Shown: positions 18,082 through 27,734, counted from the first letter of the stretch. The stretch: 64,000 bases of DNA from Candidatus Obscuribacterales bacterium (GCA_019747875.1 JAIEQI010000015.1:2269-66268), one strand, 5' to 3'. Program-made: numbers and translations. The notes: generated by a model from the letters alone, not told the origin.

Positions 18082-21000
18082 CTATTTTTTTTCGCTTTGG
18101 AGAACGATTCCGGAGCGGGGCTGAATTGTGTACGTGTGCTCGACACGGGCGCCCTGTCCTGGATCGACGATGTCGCGTCCCATCGGCTGCGTCGTATCGA
18201 CGAGCTTCTGCCATGGACCGGCGGGCAGCTTTACTGTAATGGGCTCCCAATAAGAATTGAACGCCATATATAAAGGTTGGTTTTTGGGATTGGCCGGATT
18301 GTATTCCCATGCTATGAATCGATTCTGATCATAGTGTTGTGGCTTGAATGGTTCGACGCCGTGCCAAGTTATGTCTTTCGGCTGCAGCTTTCCGATCTCG
18401 GCGCGCTGGCGCAGTTCGATCATTTTTGACGTGAAGCGCAGCATATCAGGATTCTGCTGAGCAAGCTTCCAGTCAACTTGATTTTGTTTGTCGCCATTCC
18501 AGGCGTTATTGTTGCCGTCGACGGTCCGGCGCATGTCATCACCAGCCAAATACATAGGCACGCCCTGCGACAAGAACAGAAGAGATAGCATGTTCTTCAT
18601 TTGCTGAGTTCGAAGCTGTTCAATGTAAGCTTTCTGAACTTCAGGGATCGGTGCATTCTTCACCGGTCCTTCGTGTCCGTGATTCCAGCTGAAATTATCG
18701 TTGCTGCCATCCCTGTTGTTTTCGCCATTGGCCAGGTTGTGTTTATGGTTATAGGAGACGAGATCGTATAACGTGAAACCATCATGCGCGGTGACAAAGT
18801 TGATCGAGTTGCGACCTTTGCTGCGATCGAACATATCGTCCGACCCTGCGATACGTGTTGCCAGATCCGCCAGTTGTCCGGTATCTCCTTTGACGAAGCG
18901 GCGAACTGTGTCTCTGAATTTGCCGTTCCATTCACCCCAGCGAACATCAGAAAAATTGCCTAAGTGATACTGCGTCATGCTCCATGGCTCGGCAATCATT
19001 TTTGTGTTCTTCAACACTGGATCGTTTTCAATCGCTTTGATGATAGGCGGTTTGAATGATTCGCTGCCGTTTGCTTCCACTTTGAACACACTTGCCAGGT
19101 CGAAGCGGAAACCGTCGACGTGATAGTCAGTTACCCAATAGCGAAGCGTATCGAGAATGAGTTTTTGTACGCGGGGATTGTTCGCATTCAACGTATTGCC
19201 GCAGCCAGTCAGGTCTCTGTAAAGCTCTGGACGATTCGGCATGAGCATGTAATATGTCTTGTTGTCCAGTCCTCGGAAGGAGAAAGTCGGTCCCTTCGGA
19301 TCGCTCTCGCGTGTGTGGTTGAATACGATATCGAGGATTACTTCGGCGCCCAGTTTCTGGTGTACGTCACGAACCAGCGTTTTCATTTCGTTGACTTGAT
19401 TGCCCGGTTTGTGCGCCAGATCGCCGGCCGGTGACTGGTAGGCAGTCTGGTTGTAGTTCCAGCTGTCACGCAGTTGCTCGCCTGTAAGAGGATTCTTCGG
19501 CGGCCACGGACCTCGATCGCCTTGCATCAGCGGCGTAAATTCCACCGCAGTGAACTTTGCACCCAGTTGTTGTTTGGCATGCATCAGTTTCTCCAGAGTC
19601 CCGACGTATGTGCCGGCCTTGTTTCCGAGCGCCGGATCGCCCGCGGAGAAGCCGCGAAGATTGGCTTCCATGATTACTGTCTCGCTCCATGGAATATTCA
19701 GCGGTTTGTCGCCTTTCCAGTCAAAGGTTTTCTCACCTGTTCGAATGGCGATTGCTTTTGGAATATGTTCAGCGCTATCGAGTTTGCTTGGGGTGTTGAT
19801 TGGGTCTGCCGCCTTTGGATCAAAGACCAACACATGATCATTTACCGGCAATTCGCTATGAGACACTTTCTTTGCGTAGGGATCAAGCAATGCTTTATTT
19901 GAATTGAAGAACTGTCCTTCCGCCGGATTGTACGGACCGTGCGCGCGATAATGATATGAAGTTCCTTCAGGCAATCCTTCAACAAATGCGTGCCATGTTT
20001 CTCCTGTCTTTTGCATTTGAATTACTTGTGCCGGCTGCTTGTCGTTTGGATTCTTGTAGACAAGCAATTCCATGTTCGTCGCGTGCGTGGATTCAACTGC
20101 AAAGTTGACGCCTCTGTCACTGACGGTTGCTCCGAGCTGCTCCGGATTTCCCGCTTTTATTGCCTCTTTAGGAATTTGGCCTGGGATTGCAAAGCCAGGC
20201 TTCGCTTCCGTTTTGATTGGCAGTGCGGAACCACCTGCGGTGGCGTCCGGTCTTCCTGGTGAATATTCATAGCGAGGACGAAACGATCTGTCGGCTTTAA
20301 ATTGCGCCCATTCCGCGCCCCAGTTATCTAAGTAGTATTTGCCGTTGCTCGCTTTTTCAAATGCAATGTTCAAAGGGCTGTCAGGCGCCGGCAGCTCTGT
20401 GCCATTTCGTCTGGCAAGCAGCTGCTTTTCTACCTGGCGTGCTTGCGATTCCATAGTGCCGCGCATCATTATGAACTGTGCTTCCGCATCGCGCAGCTTT
20501 GCTTGGTCCGGATTATTCTCCAGGATGGAAGCTAACTTGCGATAGGCACCTTCAGTTTGTTTTGCCAGGCGCAAATGTTTCAACTCGTGAGCTAACTTGC
20601 CTGGACCTTCTGACTTTACGAACTCGATTGTGTTGGTTTGCGTGTCGGCGCGACTGCCGAATTTCGCGTCTTCGACCATTTTGACGCGAGCAAGCGGATT
20701 CTCTTTTGCAAGTTGAAGAAGCTCCGGGTCCTTCAGTCCGAGGTAGTCGAGTTGGCGAGAAACTGGAATTCCCTTACCCCAGGACTGAGAATGGATTAGC
20801 TCATCTATAACTCGCGTTGTGCCTTTTTGGACAAGCGGCATGGCGACGTTCAAGAAGGCACCGTTCACCATTGCATTGGTGCGTGCTTCCCAATTTGCGT
20901 CTGTCTTGACGCCGAGCATATCTGATACGCGAGTTGCCGTTTCGTAAGAACCAAGACCGCCGACAGCGCCAGCGCCGATTTTGCCAAGGACGTTCCATCC

Positions 21001-21531
21001 TGTACCGGCGTTCGCTAACTTGTAATCAGCAATGCGATTGCCGGCAGAGAACAGCGCAAAACCGACCATTGACCCAGCCGCATTACCCAGCCTTGTTTCA
21101 CCCTGATGCGGCGATTTTGCCAAGTCATAAAGTCCGGCGCCCAGGACTTGTGCTGCCGTTTCACTGGCGAATATCCGCCCTGCCATGCCTTGCAGGCCAA
21201 GTTTGTTACCGGCTGTTTCAAGTGCGAAGCCGGTTGCTTTACCGGCAAGAGCATATGGCAGGATTGCGCCGGCTGCCGATGAGATGCTCTGCACTGCCCA
21301 GTCGCGGCTGAGCAGTTTGGCTTGTGCAACTTTCAACGGCTCTTTTTTCTCAGTGACGAAATTGTTGTAGAGCTGAATCACTCCCGTTCCATTGATGAAC
21401 GGATTCAGCACATTCTCTTTGACCCAGCTACCTGACTCGTCGGTTTCGAGCAAGCTGGATGCGTGTTTTTCAAATGATATCTCTGCGCCCAAAGTCGTTC
21501 TGCCGCCTCTTCTCCATGTGCGGAAATCCAA
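18082..21531 (-). CDS. glgX: Glycogen debranching enzyme (GlgX/isoamylase, GH13) with a ~465-aa non-GH13 N-terminal extension
   Basis: GVNFAVES N-domain; GH13 region II GFRFDLAS, region III IAEPWS, region IV FVTAHDGF. Residues 1-465 of the same ORF are Gly/Ala-rich and carry HELKH. TTG start; the true start is uncertain. Confidence 0.85.
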   Translation of the reverse strand: MDFRTWRRGGRTTLGAEISFEKHASSLLETDESGSWVKENVLNPFINGTGVIQLYNNFVTEKKEPLKVAQAKLLSRDWAVQSISSAAGAILPYALAGKATGFALETAGNKLGLQGMAGRIFASETAAQVLGAGLYDLAKSPHQGETRLGNAAGSMVGFALFSAGNRIADYKLANAGTGWNVLGKIGAGAVGGLGSYETATRVSDMLGVKTDANWEARTNAMVNGAFLNVAMPLVQKGTTRVIDELIHSQSWGKGIPVSRQLDYLGLKDPELLQLAKENPLARVKMVEDAKFGSRADTQTNTIEFVKSEGPGKLAHELKHLRLAKQTEGAYRKLASILENNPDQAKLRDAEAQFIMMRGTMESQARQVEKQLLARRNGTELPAPDSPLNIAFEKASNGKYYLDNWGAEWAQFKADRSFRPRYEYSPGRPDATAGGSALPIKTEAKPGFAIPGQIPKEAIKAGNPEQLGATVSDRGVNFAVESTHATNMELLVYKNPNDKQPAQVIQMQKTGETWHAFVEGLPEGTSYHYRAHGPYNPAEGQFFNSNKALLDPYAKKVSHSELPVNDHVLVFDPKAADPINTPSKLDSAEHIPKAIAIRTGEKTFDWKGDKPLNIPWSETVIMEANLRGFSAGDPALGNKAGTYVGTLEKLMHAKQQLGAKFTAVEFTPLMQGDRGPWPPKNPLTGEQLRDSWNYNQTAYQSPAGDLAHKPGNQVNEMKTLVRDVHQKLGAEVILDIVFNHTRESDPKGPTFSFRGLDNKTYYMLMPNRPELYRDLTGCGNTLNANNPRVQKLILDTLRYWVTDYHVDGFRFDLASVFKVEANGSESFKPPIIKAIENDPVLKNTKMIAEPWSMTQYHLGNFSDVRWGEWNGKFRDTVRRFVKGDTGQLADLATRIAGSDDMFDRSKGRNSINFVTAHDGFTLYDLVSYNHKHNLANGENNRDGSNDNFSWNHGHEGPVKNAPIPEVQKAYIEQLRTQQMKNMLSLLFLSQGVPMYLAGDDMRRTVDGNNNAWNGDKQNQVDWKLAQQNPDMLRFTSKMIELRQRAEIGKLQPKDITWHGVEPFKPQHYDQNRFIAWEYNPANPKNQPLYMAFNSYWEPITVKLPAGPWQKLVDTTQPMGRDIVDPGQGARVEHTYTIQPRSGIVLQSEKK

Positions 21532-21554
21532 ACTGCCAGTTCTTGTTTAATGCT

Positions 21555-21597
21555 CTGGAGTTTCGCTGAGCCTAGCGCCCCTCTCAACTCCTTGGCT
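21555..21597 (+). repeat. Dispersed repeat family D, copy 2
   Basis: CTGGAGTTTCGCTGAGCCTAGCGCCCCTCTCAACTCCTTGGCT. Lies immediately upstream of the glgX ORF start. Confidence 0.8.
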
Positions 21598-21900
21598 AAT
21601 TTCAACACTTGTCCGGCAGCTTACGGCCAACTACGCAATCTTGTCCTCTACCGCTTTCAGTGTATGAAAAAGCCGCGAATCGCCCAATGGGGAAACCACG
21701 CCCGGGGTAGCTTAGATTCTTGTAATGCGGTCCGCTTCTAGCGTAATCCTTGTGTGGAGCTGTCTTTGAGCTGTCGCTCCGTAGTCTTGCGTCGGCGATA
21801 TCGAACAAAACCCAAAAATTCAGGACTTTTTCGGGACGCTAATAAGCAATCTTTGGTCGACTTTGATACGGCCAAACCCTCATTTTCGGTAGCTTCCCGC

Positions 21901-21940
21901 GGTTCGCTCCCGGGAGCGCCGGCATCTTGCCGGCTTCGAG
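21901..21940 (+). repeat. Dispersed repeat family A, copy 1
   Basis: GGTTCGCTCCCGGGAGCGCCGGCATCTTGCCGGCTTCGAG. Contains the 10-nt palindrome CTCCCGGGAG and the hairpin GCCGGCA-TCT-TGCCGGC. Intergenic. Confidence 0.85.
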
Positions 21941-21995
21941 CTTCTCTCCGATAACCGCTCTTCGTTCCTTGGCAAAAATAAGATTTCGCGCTACC

Positions 21996-22026
21996 TTGCG
22001 AAGCGCAATTTCCGCAGCAGTATAAT
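21996..22026 (+). promoter_or_regulatory. Candidate promoter of the HD / TPR / TPR / kinase-like gene string
   Basis: Perfect -10 TATAAT (22021..22026) 24 nt upstream of ATG 22050. The nearest -35-like hexamer, TTGCGA (21996..22001), sits at a non-optimal 19-nt spacing. Confidence 0.35.
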
Positions 22027-22049
22027 GCCCTTACGATCAGGTGGTGCTT

Positions 22050-22679
22050 ATGGCGGACTGGAAAGATACTTTACAAAAACTATTGGAGGAATGCGCGTTG
22101 CGTGATGCCTCTGTTGAACTTGCGCGTTTCGAGTCGGCCTATTCCGAGCCGCACCGAAGGTATCACACGTTGAAGCACATTGATCACATGTTGCAGCAAC
22201 TGGAAATTGCTACGACTGCCGGTGTTTTCAACACTCCCTCTAAGGAGTTGCTGTTTGCTGCTCTCTATCATGATGTCGTATACGATACCAATCGATCTGA
22301 TAACGAGGAGCAGAGTGCTCAGCAAACGGCTGAGATTCTCCGTCGTTGCACAGCCAACATTCCTGACATTGCGCGCATCCAGGAAATGATCCGTGCAACC
22401 AAGCACTCCGGAGATTTTGAAGATGCCGACGATGAAACCAAATTGCTTTTGGATGCTGACATGTCGATTCTTGGATCCCCCAAGGAAAGCTATGAGGAGT
22501 ACGTCCGCAACGTTCGATTTGAATACAAGCAGGTTAGTGACGACTTGTGGAAATATCACCGCGTCCGCTTTCTGATTGGTTGCTTAAAGTCGACGCGCAT
22601 CTATCTTACTTCTCATTTTGCAAAGCTAGAAAAGCAAGCCAGACAAAATATTGCTGACGAAGCCGTGAGCCTGTTGTAA
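22050..22679 (+). CDS. HD-superfamily phosphohydrolase-like protein (COG4339-like)
   Basis: RRYHTLKHIDHM and ALYHDVVYD metal-binding motifs. ATG 22050 with AGGTGG 5 nt upstream (track start is GTG 22041). Confidence 0.72.
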   Translation: MADWKDTLQKLLEECALRDASVELARFESAYSEPHRRYHTLKHIDHMLQQLEIATTAGVFNTPSKELLFAALYHDVVYDTNRSDNEEQSAQQTAEILRRCTANIPDIARIQEMIRATKHSGDFEDADDETKLLLDADMSILGSPKESYEEYVRNVRFEYKQVSDDLWKYHRVRFLIGCLKSTRIYLTSHFAKLEKQARQNIADEAVSLL

Positions 22680-22774
22680 ACAAGCTCGCGCTATCAGGGT
22701 GAACTAGCGAGAACTTAAAGCGCAGTTAAGCCAGAATCTTCTCAGCTTAGTAACTCTCTCTGGACATCTGCCTT

Positions 22775-24253
22775 TTGGCATGGAAAACTTGTCATACGAT
22801 TTCCCTGCACCAACGCAGTCGAATGCAAGGCACCAGCACCTCCACCACTTTGCAGGCTGAAAAGCTGAAGCAATCTGCTCAGCGACTTTTTGTTGCGCGC
22901 AAATATACTGAGGCTATCAACTTTTGCAAGCGGGCGATCATCGTCGACCCTCAAGACGATGTTGTGTTGGAATTGTTGGCGCGGCTTTATTTAATAACAG
23001 AGCAAAACCGCGACTCGTGCGATCTTTTTTCGCGGCTGAGCGCAAAGCCAACGTGCTCGCAAAAAGCGGATGTTTGGTATGGGCTTGCGATGGCGCAAAG
23101 CCGGCTTGAAAATTATTCCGATGCGATTGCGGCTTTTCAGAGAGCCGTCGATTTGGATGACCTCCACCTGAATGCATGGAATGGACTGGGACGGGCTCTT
23201 CACGCGGTTGGCAATTTCCCAGATGCCGAAGAAGCAATAGAAACGGCGCTGAAGATCTCGCCTGAATCTTCAGAATCCTGGTACAACATGGGGCTCATCC
23301 ACTCGGACATCGGCGATTTGGATCGCGCCAAAAAAGATTTTGAGAAGGCGACAAAAGGCAATCCGGAGTTCGCTCCGATTTGGAATAATTTGGGGACTGT
23401 TTTGTTGCGTTCTGGCGATTTGCGTGCGGCTAGAGTCGCTTATGAAAAGGCTCTGCAGATCAAGCCCGATTACCTGACTCCGCGTAACGGTCTTGATGAA
23501 CTCTCGCGAAAACATTTCATGCGAGCACTTGAGTATTTGAAGTCCGAAGAAAATGCGGCTGCTATGAAAGAACTCGATGCGGCGATTGAGCTTAATCCAT
23601 TCGATTGCTCAGCTTTTAATAACCGGGCTTTGGCATGTCTGCGCTTAGGCAAGTGGAAGCGCGCTCTTGCCGATTACGGAGAAACGATAAGGCTAGAGCC
23701 GGCAAAATATCGTGGATATCTCAATCGCGGACACGTTCACTTCTTGATGAAGAACTATAAAAAGGCTATCGAAGATTTCAGCGAAGCTTACCGTTTGGAA
23801 CCACGGGCGGTGGCGGCGTTGATGGAGCGCGGGTTGGCGTTCTTGAAGTTGAAGCGCAGCGAAGCGGCTTTGGCTGATCTCAACAAAGCAATTGAAATTC
23901 AGGTCGATGATCCGGTTTTGTACTTCAGCAGAGGGCTAATCTATTCTCAAATGCAAGACTGGACAAGCTGCGTTGACGATCTCACGCACGCAATTAAGCT
24001 CAATCCCGCGCTGGCTGTTGCTTACTTGCACCGTGGTTTGGCTCACAAGTATCAAAAGAATTATGATGCAGCGCTTGCAGATCTCAATAAAGCACTGGAA
24101 CTCGGTCCGGATGATACCGCCGCGTATTATGTTCGAGCATGGACAGGCTTTAGCCTGAAAGATTACCGAACAGCATTCTTGGATCTGGGGCAGTTTCTTG
24201 GAAAACGTGGATTGCGTGCGGTCCAAGACATGAAGAAGATCAATTTTGTCTGA
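22775..24253 (+). CDS. TPR repeat protein
   Basis: More than 10 consecutive 34-aa TPR units (for example AWNGLGRALHAVGNFPDAEEAIETALKISPES). The start is uncertain: TTG 22775 or in-frame ATG 22823. Confidence 0.8.
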   Translation: MAWKTCHTISLHQRSRMQGTSTSTTLQAEKLKQSAQRLFVARKYTEAINFCKRAIIVDPQDDVVLELLARLYLITEQNRDSCDLFSRLSAKPTCSQKADVWYGLAMAQSRLENYSDAIAAFQRAVDLDDLHLNAWNGLGRALHAVGNFPDAEEAIETALKISPESSESWYNMGLIHSDIGDLDRAKKDFEKATKGNPEFAPIWNNLGTVLLRSGDLRAARVAYEKALQIKPDYLTPRNGLDELSRKHFMRALEYLKSEENAAAMKELDAAIELNPFDCSAFNNRALACLRLGKWKRALADYGETIRLEPAKYRGYLNRGHVHFLMKNYKKAIEDFSEAYRLEPRAVAALMERGLAFLKLKRSEAALADLNKAIEIQVDDPVLYFSRGLIYSQMQDWTSCVDDLTHAIKLNPALAVAYLHRGLAHKYQKNYDAALADLNKALELGPDDTAAYYVRAWTGFSLKDYRTAFLDLGQFLGKRGLRAVQDMKKINFV

Positions 24254-25714
24254 GTGAATAGGAATCTCCATAAATCAGAAAAGATCTTCCCTCGGAACCG
24301 GCACTGCCTTTTTTCTTTAGTAAAAAGATTGCCGGTGGCAAGTATTTTGCTTCTACTTGCATTCAACTGTTCCGGCTGTTCATTCTTTCAGGATGAAAGC
24401 ATATCTCCGACTACTCAAGAACTTATAAAACAACACAAATACAAGGAAGCGGAGGCGCTTCTGCTGGATGAAATCAACAAAGCGAAGTCTGCTGCGGCAG
24501 TCGCCGAAGCTAAGTCGGACAGCAAGGGGATAAAGCGCAACAAAGCAAAATTAGCAATGGCGTATCGAAACCTGGCAATCGTCTATTACGAAACAGGGAA
24601 GTATTCGCAGGCGCAGCTGCTTTTTCTGGACGCGATAAAGGCGCATAGCTCTGTATTTGGGCGCAATGATGACTTCGTTGTCGGAATTTTGCATACTCTG
24701 GCTGCATCTTATTACAAGCAAGGAAAGCTGGTTGAAGCAGAAGGATATTACAAGCAGGAGATCGATGCAATCAAGGCGATGCGTCACCCGAATCCTTTGA
24801 AGCTGGCTGTCACAGCCAATAATTTGGCAGCAATTTACCAACGGCTAGGCGAGGATGTTGCCGCTGAAAAATACTTTTCATGGGCTTTGAGTTTGTGCGC
24901 AGGCTTCAAAGATAGCGAGAAAGAAAGCGATCAGATGGTCGATATTTTGAACAATCTTGCGCTCTTTTATGAGAAAGAAGCAGATTACCACCAGGCAATG
25001 GCGATGGTAGATCGTGCTCTGGACATTGAGGAGAAGCGCAGCAAGGGATTCTCTGAAAATCGTGTTCGCAGTTTGTTAGTGCGAGCATCTATTGAGAAGT
25101 CAACGTTTAATGTTGAGTCTTCTGAAGAGGATTACAAGGAATGTTTGGATTTGATATCGAAATCCAAAGTGCCGCATCCGGAATTGGCCTGTGAAACTTT
25201 GGACAAATATGCTGATTTGCTTTTGGTTCAACGAAAATTCAAGGAAGCTGAGCCGCAATTTCAGAACTGTATTCAAGCCTGCGAAGCCGCTCATGGACCA
25301 GAGCATCCGACCGTTGCCGAGCGAATGTCGGATTTCGCGCTCTTATATCGGCGCACGCAACGATATGCGCAAGCAGAAGAACTTCTGCGTAAGGCCGTCG
25401 CTATTGAAGAAAAAACCGTAGGTGTCGATACCCCGAATTTTCTGACCACTGTTCATCGTTTAGCGCTGGTACTGGCTGATGAGAAGAAGTACAAGGAAGC
25501 AGATGCTTTATATCAGGAGATTATCCCGAAGCTTAAGAAGAAGCTTGGCGCCGATCACCCCTTTGTCGCCGATACGTTAGATAATTGGGCTGAGTTTGTT
25601 GAGAATTCTCGTGGCAAGAAAGAAGCAGATGCAATACACGAAGAAGCGCGCTCCATTCGCCGGAAACTCGCTCACTCGCTAGCGCCGGCTTATGGACCGC
25701 CCAAACCACAATAG
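24254..25714 (+). CDS. TPR repeat protein (kinesin-light-chain-like TPRs), probably exported
   Basis: Hydrophobic leader ASILLLLAFNCSGCS followed by 42-aa-type TPR units. GTG 24254 abuts the stop of the previous TPR gene; an internal TTG start is also possible. Confidence 0.8.
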   Translation: MNRNLHKSEKIFPRNRHCLFSLVKRLPVASILLLLAFNCSGCSFFQDESISPTTQELIKQHKYKEAEALLLDEINKAKSAAAVAEAKSDSKGIKRNKAKLAMAYRNLAIVYYETGKYSQAQLLFLDAIKAHSSVFGRNDDFVVGILHTLAASYYKQGKLVEAEGYYKQEIDAIKAMRHPNPLKLAVTANNLAAIYQRLGEDVAAEKYFSWALSLCAGFKDSEKESDQMVDILNNLALFYEKEADYHQAMAMVDRALDIEEKRSKGFSENRVRSLLVRASIEKSTFNVESSEEDYKECLDLISKSKVPHPELACETLDKYADLLLVQRKFKEAEPQFQNCIQACEAAHGPEHPTVAERMSDFALLYRRTQRYAQAEELLRKAVAIEEKTVGVDTPNFLTTVHRLALVLADEKKYKEADALYQEIIPKLKKKLGADHPFVADTLDNWAEFVENSRGKKEADAIHEEARSIRRKLAHSLAPAYGPPKPQ

Positions 25715-25797
25715 AGCTTGAGAGGTTACAATCAAAGAAAGGTTTTGCTGGTTTTGGAAGTGCTTGCGATTATGTTATTGCCTATGCGGAGTTTGAT

Positions 25798-27624
25798 TTG
25801 GGTCCAGAACTAACGGGGTTTTTGGTGATAGCCGGCGTCGCAGTAGCTGCCGCTATGAAACCGAGCAAGAAACGGGAATCACTCGTTTTCGCCGCGCGTT
25901 GCCGCGCGCCCAAGGCTGTCGTTATGCAATCTCTGGAAAATTTCGTCAGCGTTACTCCGGCCCGTTCATCTGCGTCGGTTTATCCTTTCAATCAGTATTG
26001 GCTTCAGCTTGCAGATTCAGACTACAAGCGCGGAACGATTTCAGCTATTTTTGAATATATGGAAACTTACTCCGAGGCATCATTCTTTGGCTTTAAGTTG
26101 AGAGTTCCTTCTGGTCGCTTGCAGAGGCTTGGATTTATCTGGGTGATCGAAGAGGTGTTATTGCCTACTCAGGCCGAGTTGGCCGTCAGTTTGTTTTGTC
26201 AGCCTCTCGAGAACTGCGGTCAATCGCCGTTAGATGAACAGGTGATTCACTACATGGCGACGCAAACGCGTGAGGCGGTATTTCGCTTGGATGAGCTTGC
26301 CTTGCGTGCCGAGGCGGCCCAAAAGAAAACGATGCAGCTTCCGCCGGTTTCAACACACAAGTCGAACATACCACCACCTGTAGGTCCACCGCCGGCAAGC
26401 TCGTCAGCTTCGCTAGTAGCGCCGGTTCCTCCACCATCGGCTGGCGTTTCGACATTACATTCAAGCGCTGCACGTAGCTCTGCCCCGAAGCCTGGGAGCC
26501 AGATGGGGCAGGCCTTTTCCGCTTTGCAAAAGAAGTCTAGCTCATCATCTTTGATCGGCCAAAATGTTCGAAAAATTGATTGGCCCAGTCCGCAAGATTT
26601 TCATGAAGTGCTTCAGAATCCACAGCACTGTTTTGAGGACCGCGACCTGCGAAATGGATTAGCGGAGACGGATTCCCTTGGGATGCCACGGGTCGCCTCC
26701 GGTGCATTTGCCAGTGTCTATCGGTTCCATTGCATCGGGCGTGATCGTGCTGTTCGTTGTTTCTTGCAACCCATTAAGGACCGAGAAGATCGCTATAAGT
26801 TAATTGGAGAGGCGCTGGGCAATTCTGATTGGACTGCTATTGCCCAATTTGACTATTTGCCGAAAGGGATTCTGTTAAGAGCTAAATGGTATCCTGTTTT
26901 GAAGATGGAATGGATTGATGGAATTCCTTTGAATACCCATATTTCTGATCTCTGTCGTAATGGTGACACTGAGGCGTTAGAGAGGCTCCGTCAGGATTTC
27001 GCAATAATCTTGCAGGAGCTCAGAGAGAAACGGATCGCACATGGAGATCTTCAACATGGAAACATTATTGTGCGAGATGGAAAAATGGTGCTGATCGACT
27101 ACGATGGCATGTTCGTTCCTGGATTAGAAAACAAAGGGAGCGCCGAGATTGGGCATCCGAATTATCAGCACCCGGCGAGAGATCATTATTTCTACAACGA
27201 ACATATGGATAACTTTTCGGCTTGGATAATCAGCTCAGCTTTGCTTTGTCTGCGCGAGGACCCAGGCTTGTGGCCGCGCACCTATGATGACGGAGAAAGT
27301 TTGCTTTTTCACCGGCGCGATTTTCTTGCGCCTAATAATTCTGAGCTATTGGATCGCCTCGCCCATCATGGAAGTAAAGTCGTCCGCGATCGCGCGACCT
27401 TCTTGCGGCATCTCTTTGCGTCAAGCTTAGAGAATGTACCATTCCCTTTTGATGCAAGCCCTAGCCCGATTCGAGTTGGTGCTAACAAGAGATTTGGCAA
27501 TGTCTTGTCACTCGACGACGAGCGTGAGGAACAAGAGAAGCCTGAACCACCTGAACAAAAGTCCACAGGTGATAATAGCCGGCCTGCTATACCTGACTGG
27601 CTATCGGATTCCGATCACTTGTAG
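25798..27624 (+). CDS. Atypical protein-kinase-like protein with an orphan N-domain and a Pro-rich linker
   Basis: GAFASVYRF, AVRCF (Arg where the beta3 Lys is expected), HGDLQHGNIIV and LIDYDGMF. N-terminal hydrophobic segment. TTG start 25798, alternative ATG 25855. The C-terminus ends in PDWLSDSDHL. Confidence 0.72.
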   Translation: MGPELTGFLVIAGVAVAAAMKPSKKRESLVFAARCRAPKAVVMQSLENFVSVTPARSSASVYPFNQYWLQLADSDYKRGTISAIFEYMETYSEASFFGFKLRVPSGRLQRLGFIWVIEEVLLPTQAELAVSLFCQPLENCGQSPLDEQVIHYMATQTREAVFRLDELALRAEAAQKKTMQLPPVSTHKSNIPPPVGPPPASSSASLVAPVPPPSAGVSTLHSSAARSSAPKPGSQMGQAFSALQKKSSSSSLIGQNVRKIDWPSPQDFHEVLQNPQHCFEDRDLRNGLAETDSLGMPRVASGAFASVYRFHCIGRDRAVRCFLQPIKDREDRYKLIGEALGNSDWTAIAQFDYLPKGILLRAKWYPVLKMEWIDGIPLNTHISDLCRNGDTEALERLRQDFAIILQELREKRIAHGDLQHGNIIVRDGKMVLIDYDGMFVPGLENKGSAEIGHPNYQHPARDHYFYNEHMDNFSAWIISSALLCLREDPGLWPRTYDDGESLLFHRRDFLAPNNSELLDRLAHHGSKVVRDRATFLRHLFASSLENVPFPFDASPSPIRVGANKRFGNVLSLDDEREEQEKPEPPEQKSTGDNSRPAIPDWLSDSDHL

Positions 27625-27684
27625 AGTATTTATTTCAGAACTTTGACTCGCCTTGGTGACGTGCAAGCCTGAAGAACTAAAGAA

Positions 27685-27714
27685 AAACGAGATCTGGAAA
27701 ACCAGATCTCGTTT
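27685..27714. terminator. Bidirectional rho-independent terminator-like hairpin
   Basis: Perfect 13-bp stem AAACGAGATCTGG / CCAGATCTCGTTT with an AAAA loop. A/T-rich on both sides. Lies between convergent genes ending at 27624 and 27735. Confidence 0.8.
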
Positions 27715-27734
27715 CATTTCTTACGAAGCGTAGT

